This document shows positions 20,066 to 29,264 of a stretch of DNA of 64,000 nt, piece by piece. The notes under the pieces were generated by a model that made no database searches, was not told where the DNA came from, and saw only the letters and a program-made list of their open reading frames with translations. Source of the stretch: Bacteroidales bacterium. Lineage in GTDB: Bacteria; Bacteroidota; Bacteroidia; Bacteroidales; UBA1715. Location of the stretch: NCBI GenBank assembly GCA_017552705.1, contig JAFZOY010000028.1, positions 12,752 through 76,751 on the forward strand, in the 5' to 3' direction. The translations under genes and the position numbers were made by a program. Within the stretch, counting starts at the first letter, position 1, and each line of letters starts with the position of its first letter.

Positions 20066-21874
20066 ATGGTATTTGATTTTTTCAAGAGTATTCTCAACAT
20101 ATTTGTCAGGCTGTTGTTCCTGAAAAGGCGGTTTTTGATTCTTCATCGAAAATGGCACCAAAAGGATGCCGACGAAATCTCGGTTTGCTTTGCTATCACC
20201 GTGTGCGACGAATACGAAGAATTGCGGAATCTTCTAAATGCAATTATACCGTACGTTTGCGCCAACGACGAAATTCTTATCCAAGGCGACGAAGGCAACA
20301 CGACCGAAAAAGTAAAAAATGTTATTGCCGAATATAGCAAATCCATTACAAAATTTGTTGAATTCCCGTTGAACCACAATTTTGGCGAATATAAATCGCA
20401 TTTGGCAAAACAGACCAATTGCCAATATATTTTCCAAATCGACGCGGACGAATTGCCAAACCCGTATTTGATGCGTCATTTGCATAGAATTCTATACAAC
20501 AACAAGTTGGATTTGATTCGAATTGCCCGTATCAACTTGATGATTGAGGATAACGAGGATTTTATTTTGTGGGACAACTACAATAGACATAAAAACATTT
20601 CACCGCTGAATTTCCCTGATTATCAGCGAAGAATCTATAGAAATTCGCCCACAATTTCGTGGACGCACACGATTCACGAAAAAATTATTGGTTTCAAAAC
20701 GGTGGCGTATCTTCCGCCAAAGCCAAAGTACAGTTTGCTTCATTGCAAGCACTGGAAAAAGCAAATCGAACGCGACAACCAGATTTTCAACGTGTATAAA
20801 AAACGTGGCACGCAACACGTGCTGCTCGACCTTTCGGTGTTGAAAAATTTCAACTGCGGATTGGGGCAGGTTGCCTACAACTATGGACTGTATTTGAAAG
20901 ACAATCCAATTCCAGATATTAATATTTATTTATTGTTGCCTAAGCAATATTTTGGCGCATTCGGCGACCATGTGAAATATATTGAAAGTAAGAAAATCTA
21001 TCGGAGTTTTCCTCGATTGCTGCCGCAAATTGATGTATGGCATTCCATCCATCAGCTGAGCAGTTTCCAACCGCCGCATTCGGTACTTAACTTGTTGACT
21101 ATCCACGATTTAAACTTTGTGTATGAAAAGCATGGGAAAAAAGCCCAAAAATATATGCGCAAAATTTTGGACGAAATAAAGTATGCGAACAAAATCACTG
21201 CAATTTCACAATATACAAAGAACGACATCCACAGAATCATCCGCGACGATTTGGATATAGAGGTGATTTACAATGGAGTGGAAAAACTCAACAAAAACGA
21301 CGAAATCAAGCCTTCGTTCCCAATTGACGAATCGAAGCCGTTCTTGTTCACCATTGGTGAAATCAAGCCCAAAAAGAATTTCCACGTGTTGCTCGACGCA
21401 ATGAAATTGATGCCTGAATTCAATCTGTATTTGGCAGGAAAAGACGACACACCGTATGCCGAGGAAATTCGTCAGCGAATCATCAACGAGAACATTCAAA
21501 ACGTGTTCCTCACAAGCACAATTTCGCAACAGGAAAAAATATGGTTCTACAATCATTGCCATGCATTCGTGTTCCCGTCGTTGTTCGAAGGATTTGGGTT
21601 GCCGATTATTGAAGCGTTGATGTTTGGAAAACCTGTGATCTCATCGCAGGAAACGTCGCTCAAGGAAATTGGTGGCGATGCAGTATTCTTCCTCAATAAT
21701 TTCAGCGCGGAACACATCGCACAAGTTGTGAAGGAGAAAAGCGAGTATTTTTACCAGCATCCTGAACTTGCCGAACAAAACATTGCATACGCAAACACAT
21801 TCTCGTATGCAAAACATATGGAGCGATATATAGGAATCTATAGAGAAATGTTGTGTAACGCGAGACAATTATAA
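20066..21874 (+). CDS. bifunctional glycosyltransferase (N-terminal GT2 fused to C-terminal GT4)
   Basis: The N-terminal half has the GT-A signature (VCFAITVCDEYEEL..., DxD as QIDADE). The C-terminal half has the GT4 EX7E region (PSLFEGFGLPIIEALMFGKPVISS). Confidence 0.7.
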   Translation: MVFDFFKSILNIFVRLLFLKRRFLILHRKWHQKDADEISVCFAITVCDEYEELRNLLNAIIPYVCANDEILIQGDEGNTTEKVKNVIAEYSKSITKFVEFPLNHNFGEYKSHLAKQTNCQYIFQIDADELPNPYLMRHLHRILYNNKLDLIRIARINLMIEDNEDFILWDNYNRHKNISPLNFPDYQRRIYRNSPTISWTHTIHEKIIGFKTVAYLPPKPKYSLLHCKHWKKQIERDNQIFNVYKKRGTQHVLLDLSVLKNFNCGLGQVAYNYGLYLKDNPIPDINIYLLLPKQYFGAFGDHVKYIESKKIYRSFPRLLPQIDVWHSIHQLSSFQPPHSVLNLLTIHDLNFVYEKHGKKAQKYMRKILDEIKYANKITAISQYTKNDIHRIIRDDLDIEVIYNGVEKLNKNDEIKPSFPIDESKPFLFTIGEIKPKKNFHVLLDAMKLMPEFNLYLAGKDDTPYAEEIRQRIINENIQNVFLTSTISQQEKIWFYNHCHAFVFPSLFEGFGLPIIEALMFGKPVISSQETSLKEIGGDAVFFLNNFSAEHIAQVVKEKSEYFYQHPELAEQNIAYANTFSYAKHMERYIGIYREMLCNARQL

Positions 21875-21884
21875 CAATTACGAT

Positions 21885-22307
21885 ATGAAAAAATACAAAG
21901 TTGGCTATACAACGGGGGTTTTTGATTTATTCCACGTAGGGCATCTCAACATTTTGGAACGATGCAAGGAGCAATGCGACTTTTTGATTGTGGCGGTATG
22001 CACCGACGAATACGCCCACGAATCAGGAAAAAATCCTATTATTTCATATCCCGACAGAGCCCGTATAATTGCCGCTTTGCGTTGTGTTGACAAGGTTGTG
22101 CCGATGGAATTCACCGACAAGTTGGAAGCATGGAAACTGCACAAATTCGATGTTCTTTTTTCTGGCGATGATTGGAAAGGTACGGAGCGCTACGTTAAAA
22201 CCGAACAACAACTGAAGGAAGTCGGTGTTGACATAGTGTATTTCCCTTATACAAAATCGGTGTCGACATCGATGATAAAAGAACAACTAAAACAAAACAA
22301 TGGATGA
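21885..22307 (+). CDS. tagD: glycerol-3-phosphate cytidylyltransferase (TagD/TarD-like)
   Basis: GYTTGVFDLFHVGHLNILERCK (HxGH motif), FSGDDWKG and TKSVSTSMIKEQL align along the full length with B. subtilis TagD as I remember it. Confidence 0.8.
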   Translation: MKKYKVGYTTGVFDLFHVGHLNILERCKEQCDFLIVAVCTDEYAHESGKNPIISYPDRARIIAALRCVDKVVPMEFTDKLEAWKLHKFDVLFSGDDWKGTERYVKTEQQLKEVGVDIVYFPYTKSVSTSMIKEQLKQNNG

Positions 22308-23116
22308 GAAAACTCTCGCTTGACGAAATAAAAAAGATTGAAGTAAACATTCTTGACGTTTTTTCAAAATTCTGCGACGAGAATAATCTTACCTATTATT
22401 TGGTTTACGGAACTCTGTTGGGTGCCGTCCGTCACCAAGGTTTTATTCCTTGGGACGATGATATTGATGTGATTATGCCTCGGCAGGATTATGACAATCT
22501 GCAAAAGTTATTACTTCGGCAAAACAATCTTTTTTCTCCGCATATTGAGTTGAAAACACCTGAATCAAAAGGTCACCAGTACCAATTTTGTAAGGTCGTT
22601 GATACTACCACTTATGTTCAGGAATTGTCAATGAACGAGCGCTACAAAACGTCGATATGGATAGACATATTTGTGATGGATAAAATCACAGAAAACCCGC
22701 GCGAGCAGCAGGCTTTCATACAGCGTTTGTTGAGAATGCGCAAACATTATTTTTATACAATCGAACGAAAATATACAGGGAATCAGCTTAACAAAAAGAT
22801 AAAATTTTACTTCTATAAGGCAATAGTAAAACCATTCTATCTGCTTCTGAATCAGAGACAAAGACTGATGCGGTATGCCTCCAAATATTCCAATTCCGAT
22901 TCGAATGCGTGGTTTTTCTCTTTGAATGGCGATGCGCAAAAAACGCTTATCAATACCGAAGATTTGCAACAAACCGAGTTGGAATTTGAAGGTAAAAAAT
23001 ATAAAACATTCAAAAATTACGACAAACTTCTTACTCAACTATACGGCGATTATATGCAACTGCCGCCAGTTGACCAACGTGTGGCACACGAAACTATGGC
23101 GTACTTATTAGAATAA
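22304..23116 (+). CDS. licD: LicD-family phosphotransferase
   Basis: YYLVYGTLLGAVRHQGFIPWDDDIDVIMPRQDY is the LicD nucleotidyltransferase-fold signature. ATGA overlap with the cytidylyltransferase gene. Confidence 0.8.
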   Translation: MRKLSLDEIKKIEVNILDVFSKFCDENNLTYYLVYGTLLGAVRHQGFIPWDDDIDVIMPRQDYDNLQKLLLRQNNLFSPHIELKTPESKGHQYQFCKVVDTTTYVQELSMNERYKTSIWIDIFVMDKITENPREQQAFIQRLLRMRKHYFYTIERKYTGNQLNKKIKFYFYKAIVKPFYLLLNQRQRLMRYASKYSNSDSNAWFFSLNGDAQKTLINTEDLQQTELEFEGKKYKTFKNYDKLLTQLYGDYMQLPPVDQRVAHETMAYLLE

Positions 23117-23120
23117 CAAC

Positions 23121-24101
23121 ATGATGAACATTGCTCTTTGTTTTGATAATAATTTTGTGATGCAGGCTGGCGTACTCATTCAGTCCGTGTGCATGTCCAA
23201 CCAAAGTAATGAGATAACATTTTATGCGATCAGCGAAAGTTTCTCCGAGCAAAATAAATTGATACTCACCGACTTAGTTTCCCGCTTTGCCAATAAGAAA
23301 ATAAATTTCATAGAAATCGATATCACCAGTCTGAGCGATTTTCCTGTTCGGAAAAAAGACCATATTTCGTTGGCCGCGTATTATCGGCTACTATTGCCGT
23401 CATTACTGCCCCAGGAAGTAACTAAAGTGCTGTATTTTGACTGTGATATGCTTGTGGTTGACGATTTGCGGAGTCTGTACGAAATCAATCTTGATTCTTA
23501 TTCAACGGCTATTGTCGCCGATATGTTTTATAATGATGAAACCATCACAAATCGTTTGCTGTACAACGTGTCGGACCATTATTATAATTCAGGAATGTTG
23601 CTGATAAACCTCGACTATTGGAGAACACATTCCGTAGCGAAAAAATTGGTTGATTTCCTTTCCGAACATAAGGACTTATGCATCGCGCACGATCAAGATG
23701 CGTTGAATGCTGTGCTGCATGGCACAATCTATACGGCTCCGGCACGATACAACATTCAGTTGGATTTTTTGAAAAAAGATCCTTCGAATATGATAATCAC
23801 CGACAAAGATGTGCTTGACGACGCCCTTGCATCAGGACATAATCCGTGTGTTATTCATTTTACCGGACCATCGAAACCGTGGAAATTTCAGTGCTTTAAT
23901 CCTTATGGACCACTTTGGGACTTTTTCCAAAATAAAACAGTATGGAAAGACGTGCCGAAAACACACGAATTTACGGGTTGGAAATTGTTGAAATGGAAAC
24001 GTCATCAACTGCTGGAAACCTTAAACTTACGCTCCAAAAGAGTTTTGCAATATATTGATGTTCAGGAAGAAATAAACCGAATAGTCAAAACGTATTGCTA
24101 A
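23121..24101 (+). CDS. glycosyltransferase family 8
   Basis: AAYYRLLLPSLLP, the DxD context YFDCDMLVVDD, NSGMLLINL and IHFTGPSKPW are typical of GT8 (LPS galactosyl/glucosyltransferase-like). Confidence 0.8.
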   Translation: MMNIALCFDNNFVMQAGVLIQSVCMSNQSNEITFYAISESFSEQNKLILTDLVSRFANKKINFIEIDITSLSDFPVRKKDHISLAAYYRLLLPSLLPQEVTKVLYFDCDMLVVDDLRSLYEINLDSYSTAIVADMFYNDETITNRLLYNVSDHYYNSGMLLINLDYWRTHSVAKKLVDFLSEHKDLCIAHDQDALNAVLHGTIYTAPARYNIQLDFLKKDPSNMIITDKDVLDDALASGHNPCVIHFTGPSKPWKFQCFNPYGPLWDFFQNKTVWKDVPKTHEFTGWKLLKWKRHQLLETLNLRSKRVLQYIDVQEEINRIVKTYC

Positions 24102-24102
24102 G

Positions 24103-26025
24103 TTATTCTTTCGCTTGTTTTTGTAAAATCACGTATTGTGCAGCCTGAATCATTGATTGGGCGTATGTTTTCATGTGGGAAGCCTTTTCCTGAAAATCGG
24201 CAATTTGATTTTCCGAATCCTGCGTGCGATATGCGTACAGGCTTTCTCCTCCTTCGTTTCGACAAACGAAGTAATGGCATGAGTCAATACAGCAGTATGC
24301 ATCGTCGGACGAGAAGAACATCATCTGCCGTTTTTCTTTCATCAAATCAATGCCAAACGTGTTGTTGATATACGGAAATCCCAATATTCCCATTACAGTT
24401 GGAAAAATGTCAATCTGTCCTGCCATGTCGGGAATTACACGAGGATTCTCGTTGGTCGGGTCGTAAATGATAATCGGCACGTGATGATATGCCAACGACA
24501 CGTCGTAATCGTTGTTTGCCGCGCCATGGTCGCCAACCAATGCGAAAATTGTGTTGTTGTACCATGGTTGCTGTTTTGCTTGTTCAAAGAACAGTTGCAA
24601 CGCATAATCGGAGTATTCAATTACTTGATAGCGCAAATCAGCTTGTTTTGGTGTGAAATATTCAGGAACAATATGCGGAGCATGGTTGCTTGCCGTCAGG
24701 AATGCTGCAAAAAATGGTTTGTTTTCTTGTGCGGCTTCAGTCAATTTTGGCATAGAAAAACGAAACATATAATCATCAACAACGCCCAAATTGCTCCGTA
24801 CTTCGTTTGACGGATAATCTTTTTCGGAATATACGAATTCCATATTGTTTGCTGACATATAGCCGCCAATATTGTCGAATTGCTCATCGTGCGTGGTGAA
24901 ATAAAATGTGGTATATCCGTTTTGTTTCATCACCGTTGGCCACGATTCATAGGTAACAATGTCGCCCGTTTTGAATGGATGTTGGTTCATCAGCGCAGGA
25001 AACGAAAACAATGTGCCGTACACACCATTCATTGTATGAATGCCTGCGGAATATCCGTTCGGGAAAAATGTTGATTTTCGTATCAGTTGGTTCAGAAACG
25101 GCGTCAGTGCTGTATCGGCCACAAAATGCGATGCCATGCTTTCCATCATGATTATCACAACATTTTTACGTTGTATGGTGTCGGCGGAAGGTACATAACG
25201 CGCAATCGGTGAAATTTCCAATAAACTATCGGTTGCAATGCCGAACTCGTTCCGCACGTATGAGATAGCCGTGCTGTCGTCGATGAAGTGGATTTGTTGC
25301 TTTGACTCTTTCGACATGCTGGCAGTGGTTCGAATCAATACATACGTTGGATTCAGTCCTAATTGATTCAAAAATGGTTCGTTGCAGAAATATGCCGTGC
25401 CAATTCGCACCGGCGATTTCTGTCCAAGCCGACCACGAATGCCCATCACGCACAGAAAAGCGATAAGCACAAACGAAACGCCCACAATCATTCCGTTCCG
25501 AATCGAATCAACTCCAGCGCCAGTTTGCGAATCCAAAAAGCGGATTTTCAGTTTCTTCACAACCAAACTAAATCCCAGAATAACAATACTATACGCTATT
25601 CCATACACAAAATACGAAGGCTCCGAGAACACCATTTTCAGAACAAACGAAGGTTCATCGAACCAGTTCCAAACGGAAGCGTTCACGTGTTTGAAAAATT
25701 GGTCGAAATAGGGAATATCAACTGCCGCGATAAAGAACGAAATGGAATAGATAATGCAGATGTACCAATACACCGCCCCATGCACAATTTTGTTTGGTTT
25801 GAAAAACAACGCAACAAACAGCGCGACAATAGGAATGGAAATTAGCACGCACGACATTAGGTTGTCGAACCGCAGGCCCATGCAAAATGCGTCGAAAACC
25901 AACGATGAATCGAATTCAAAAGGCCCTTCAATCACGTAGAGCGCAACCCTAAACAGCATTGCGACAGCCAAAGTCCATACGTGGACACAACCGAGAAATA
26001 GTATTGTTTGTAGTAATCGTTTCAT
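24103..26025 (-). CDS. LTA synthase-family membrane sulfatase-fold transferase (LtaS/phosphoglycerol transferase-like)
   Basis: The start is trimmed to the ATG at 26023-26025 (MKRLLQTILFLG). Five or so N-terminal TM helices precede an extracellular alkaline-phosphatase-fold domain (NVVIIMMESM..., GIHTMNG, LVGDHG). Confidence 0.7.
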   Translation of the reverse strand: MKRLLQTILFLGCVHVWTLAVAMLFRVALYVIEGPFEFDSSLVFDAFCMGLRFDNLMSCVLISIPIVALFVALFFKPNKIVHGAVYWYICIIYSISFFIAAVDIPYFDQFFKHVNASVWNWFDEPSFVLKMVFSEPSYFVYGIAYSIVILGFSLVVKKLKIRFLDSQTGAGVDSIRNGMIVGVSFVLIAFLCVMGIRGRLGQKSPVRIGTAYFCNEPFLNQLGLNPTYVLIRTTASMSKESKQQIHFIDDSTAISYVRNEFGIATDSLLEISPIARYVPSADTIQRKNVVIIMMESMASHFVADTALTPFLNQLIRKSTFFPNGYSAGIHTMNGVYGTLFSFPALMNQHPFKTGDIVTYESWPTVMKQNGYTTFYFTTHDEQFDNIGGYMSANNMEFVYSEKDYPSNEVRSNLGVVDDYMFRFSMPKLTEAAQENKPFFAAFLTASNHAPHIVPEYFTPKQADLRYQVIEYSDYALQLFFEQAKQQPWYNNTIFALVGDHGAANNDYDVSLAYHHVPIIIYDPTNENPRVIPDMAGQIDIFPTVMGILGFPYINNTFGIDLMKEKRQMMFFSSDDAYCCIDSCHYFVCRNEGGESLYAYRTQDSENQIADFQEKASHMKTYAQSMIQAAQYVILQKQAKE

Positions 26026-26027
26026 TT

Positions 26028-27839
26028 TCAATTGTTTTTGTCTTCGGAAACGTGCGTCCGTCCTTCGTTTGTCAGCACTGTTTCCCATGTGTACATATAT
26101 TGTTCCGAGGCAAGCGAGTTCGTTTCGTCAAAATGATTCGATTCAATGTCGAAAATTCCGCACATCAATTCGTAAATCAAATCGTTCGAAAAGCAGCAGT
26201 TCTTGTTGGTTTTCAATGCGTTGAATCTATGTTCGTGCTTTGCCTTAAACTCGTCGGAAAGATATACGAACATTGGAATCCGCGTCATTCCAAATCCGTT
26301 GAAATTTGGCGTGCGGAGTTTGTCGGGAATGCAGGCGTGGTCGGAAAAGAACACCATAGCCTGAAGGTTCAGTTTTTCGGATGCGTATTCGTAGAACGAC
26401 CGTAGAACCGAATCGGTGTAGTGGATGGAATTCTCGTAGTTCAAGATTAAATCCCATTCTCCGGGCTTTCCCCATATGGTTTTTTCCTTCGGATAGCGGT
26501 TGATGAAATTCACATGGTTGCCTTTTAAGTGCAAAACCACGAAATTATTTTTCGTCGGGTCGATTTCGTCCATAAATTCCAGCAACGATTCATCGTATTG
26601 CACCGTGTTGAGTTTCTGCAACGTCCATTTTGCCACATCCGATGTGTTTGCCACAAGCGTGATAGGCGTGTCTGCAGCGCCCAAATGTCCTTGGTTGCTG
26701 TACCAATGCACGGTGTAGCCCAGTTTGTGTGCAATGTCAACAACAGAGCAGGATTCAAAAAATTCCTTGTCGTTGTATTGGTTTTTCTCTGTCAGCGCAC
26801 GCTCCAATGCTGGAACTGTCTGTACGCCACAGGAATAAGTGTTGTCGAAAAAGATAAAATGTTGGTCGTCGTTCCTACATTCACGAATCCACGGCGTTGT
26901 GTCGTGTTCGCATGGGGAAAATGCGCTCATATAGTCCCTCGAAGCCGATTCGCCAATAACCATAAGGATAGTTGAAGGCTTGTCGGATTTTTCTCCGAGA
27001 GGATTTATTTGAATATGCTGCAACCGTTCACACGTTGATTCGGTGTATGTGGCATTGTTTCGGCAATATTCCGCAACAAGTCCATATAATTGCACAATGC
27101 CCACACGGGAAAACACCCCGTTCCGTTTTACCACCAGATATGCTGAAACTGCCGCAACAGCAACTGCCACAGCGATTTGCCATCCTTGCGGAATGGACAT
27201 TTCTGAAAAATAATTTGCCGTGATACAACTATCGAACATTCCCACGCAGACAAGCACAATCAGCACCGATTTCCACACAGGGAACGCTTTCACGTATTCT
27301 ATAACTTCGTTGTAATGAGTCTCTTGGAGAATCTGCATTCCGTTTGAATCAAGCGAAACCTTGTATAGCACGTAGTAACTAATTTGGAACAATGGCACCA
27401 TAACAAGCACAAATTCCGCAAACCCAAAAATAACACGAAGCGCAGTTCCCAGCACGCCCGGAATCCACGAAAACACAATTGCCAGAGTACCTAAGATTCC
27501 TATCAGATTAATGGCAAACGCTATGTCATACACATTGTTGATTTCGATTGACGACTTCCGATTGGTGAGAAATTCGAGTAGGGGAAAGGTTATTGTCCAC
27601 AACAAAAAAATAACCCACACAGGTATCAAATTCGGCGAAAACACATTTACTTGCATTATTGCCAGGGGCAAGACTGCCAAAAAACTTGTGTGAAAGTATC
27701 GAATGATTTGTTGCCGTTTTGTTTTCCACACCAAACCCTGACTACAACAAAAATATGTTAGAAGCGAAGTGCAATATATTGTTAGCCAAAGGATTATATA
27801 TAAAAAAACAGTTGTCATCATAGTAATACAACAAACCAC
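26028..27839 (-). CDS. phosphoethanolamine transferase-like membrane protein (EptA/sulfatase family)
   Basis: A multi-TM N-terminus precedes STILMVIGESASRDYMSAF (the GESxR motif of PEtN transferases), HLKGNH and FSDHA. GTG at 27837-27839; an alternative ATG lies at 27821. The stop is 2 nt upstream of the next gene's start. Confidence 0.7.
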   Translation of the reverse strand: MVCCITMMTTVFLYIILWLTIYCTSLLTYFCCSQGLVWKTKRQQIIRYFHTSFLAVLPLAIMQVNVFSPNLIPVWVIFLLWTITFPLLEFLTNRKSSIEINNVYDIAFAINLIGILGTLAIVFSWIPGVLGTALRVIFGFAEFVLVMVPLFQISYYVLYKVSLDSNGMQILQETHYNEVIEYVKAFPVWKSVLIVLVCVGMFDSCITANYFSEMSIPQGWQIAVAVAVAAVSAYLVVKRNGVFSRVGIVQLYGLVAEYCRNNATYTESTCERLQHIQINPLGEKSDKPSTILMVIGESASRDYMSAFSPCEHDTTPWIRECRNDDQHFIFFDNTYSCGVQTVPALERALTEKNQYNDKEFFESCSVVDIAHKLGYTVHWYSNQGHLGAADTPITLVANTSDVAKWTLQKLNTVQYDESLLEFMDEIDPTKNNFVVLHLKGNHVNFINRYPKEKTIWGKPGEWDLILNYENSIHYTDSVLRSFYEYASEKLNLQAMVFFSDHACIPDKLRTPNFNGFGMTRIPMFVYLSDEFKAKHEHRFNALKTNKNCCFSNDLIYELMCGIFDIESNHFDETNSLASEQYMYTWETVLTNEGRTHVSEDKNN

Positions 27840-28004
27840 GGCAAAGATACGAGATTGTTACGTTTTTCCCATATTTGCGAAAAAAAGAATACGATAGCCA
27901 ATGACAACAAATTTTATATGAGAGGAAATCTGACTTTTTTTGGAAAACTGATCCAATTTAGAGAGTTAATTCCCCAAATATTATGTTTTTGATGATTAGC
28001 TGTT

Positions 28005-28025
28005 TGATTTCGGGAATTTTGATTC
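28005..28025 (+). repeat. left copy of a 21-nt imperfect direct repeat flanking the toxin-antitoxin cassette
   Basis: TGATTTCGGGAATTTTGATTC matches 28795-28815 at 19 of 21 positions (hand comparison). Confidence 0.5.
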
Positions 28026-28091
28026 AAACATTTTGCCCTTGAAAGGCAACGTCAATGTTTTTCATATTCTTGATTTTTCTGTGGATTTTTA

Positions 28092-28099
28092 TATATTTG
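28092..28099 (+). promoter_or_regulatory. -7 promoter box TATATTTG for the TA operon
   Basis: TAnnTTTG consensus 16 nt upstream of the ATG at 28115. Confidence 0.45.
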
Positions 28100-28114
28100 C
28101 AAAAAGTGTGTTTT

Positions 28115-28333
28115 ATGAATGCTACAATCAACATCAGTTACAATCAGATGCTTTTACTTTTACAGCAAATGCCAGTACGTTCTCAACTGAGAATTGGCAA
28201 GGCGCTGACACGTTCTAATATACATACAGAATTAACCCATTTTTTGGATACATTCAAAACTGATGAACTTTCGGAAGAAGATATTTTGGCAGAAGTGAAA
28301 GCCGTAAGACAAGAACGATATGCCAAAAAATAA
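28115..28333 (+). CDS. putative antitoxin of the PIN toxin
   Basis: 72-aa ORF from the ATG at 28115; the listed 28055 start adds an implausible hydrophobic leader across the promoter. It overlaps the PIN gene by 14 nt. Assigned by position and size only. Confidence 0.5.
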   Translation: MNATINISYNQMLLLLQQMPVRSQLRIGKALTRSNIHTELTHFLDTFKTDELSEEDILAEVKAVRQERYAKK

Positions 28334-28742
28334 TACAATACGTGTTGTTGTTGATAATAATTGCTGGATTAGTTTCTTGATTGGACGTCGTTTGGCAAAA
28401 CTCGTGGATTTGTTGAGCAAAGAACGAGTAATTCTAATAATTTGTGATGAACTACTTGCTGAATTAAAGGACGTAACTTGCCGCCCCAAGTTTGCAAAAT
28501 ACTTCAATCAAACAGATGTGGAATCGCTCATAGAATTTATGAGAATTATTGGTGAATCATTTGAATTAAAGCAAATTGAAAAAATATGTAGGGACGAAGC
28601 AGACGATTACCTACTTTCACTTGCAAGAGAATCCCATGCAGATTTCTTAGTTACTGGCGATGCTGACTTACTTGTTTTACAGAAGATAGAATCTTGTAAC
28701 ATTGTGGATGTTTCAACGTTTGAAAAAATAATAGCTCAATAA
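28320..28742 (+). CDS. PIN-domain toxin (PIN_3 / TIGR00305-like)
   Basis: IRVVVDNNCWISFL (first acidic residue), LLAELKDV, DEADDYLLSLA and FLVTGDADLL give the conserved acidic quartet pattern of PIN nucleases. Confidence 0.75.
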   Translation: MPKNNTIRVVVDNNCWISFLIGRRLAKLVDLLSKERVILIICDELLAELKDVTCRPKFAKYFNQTDVESLIEFMRIIGESFELKQIEKICRDEADDYLLSLARESHADFLVTGDADLLVLQKIESCNIVDVSTFEKIIAQ

Positions 28743-28794
28743 ATACGAAAGGGTTATCACAAGACTCATTTCAAATTCCGTCAACTCATCACAT

Positions 28795-28815
28795 TGATTT
28801 TGGAAATTTTGATTC
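28795..28815 (+). repeat. right copy of the 21-nt imperfect direct repeat flanking the toxin-antitoxin cassette
   Basis: TGATTTTGGAAATTTTGATTC; see the left copy at 28005-28025. Confidence 0.5.
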
Positions 28816-29264
28816 CTTTTGAAAAATTCAACCACATATAAGTTATTTCCGTAAAAAAAGACTATTTTTGGGAAAGGGTTTCCTTGTGGGATTATTCATG
28901 AGGAAAACAAAAATAAAATGGCGTTTATCTAACGCTTTGACTGGACGTTTAGAAATCTCGCAAGTTTCGAAAATCCTATTAGGTTCAAAGCAACGGTAGA
29001 TGGCTATGTTGATATGGTATTGATAGTACTCTTGTACTACATTCATATCGGCGTGGGTTCTACGTTGCTTGTTCTAATAGGATGGGCAATGCGAGAGCCT
29101 CTAAACGTGGAGCAAGTAACAGATAAGGACTCCACGCTTTTTTATTTTTATCAAATTTATTTGGAGTCAAGAAAATCAAAGGTGTGCCTTGTTTTGGCAT
29201 ACCACGAAAATATGTTTGTGGAAAATTTAAAGGTTGCTCCCGGCACGGATTTAGGGATTGAGTT

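Noticed and set aside
25363-25845. 160-aa and 109-aa plus-strand ORFs
   Set aside because: They are antisense to the TM region of the LtaS-like gene, with no independent support.
28055-28114. N-terminal extension of the antitoxin ORF (MFFIFLIFLWIFIYLQKVCF)
   Set aside because: It overlaps the TATATTTG promoter box and is a poly-T/A translation artefact. The ATG at 28115 is the plausible start.
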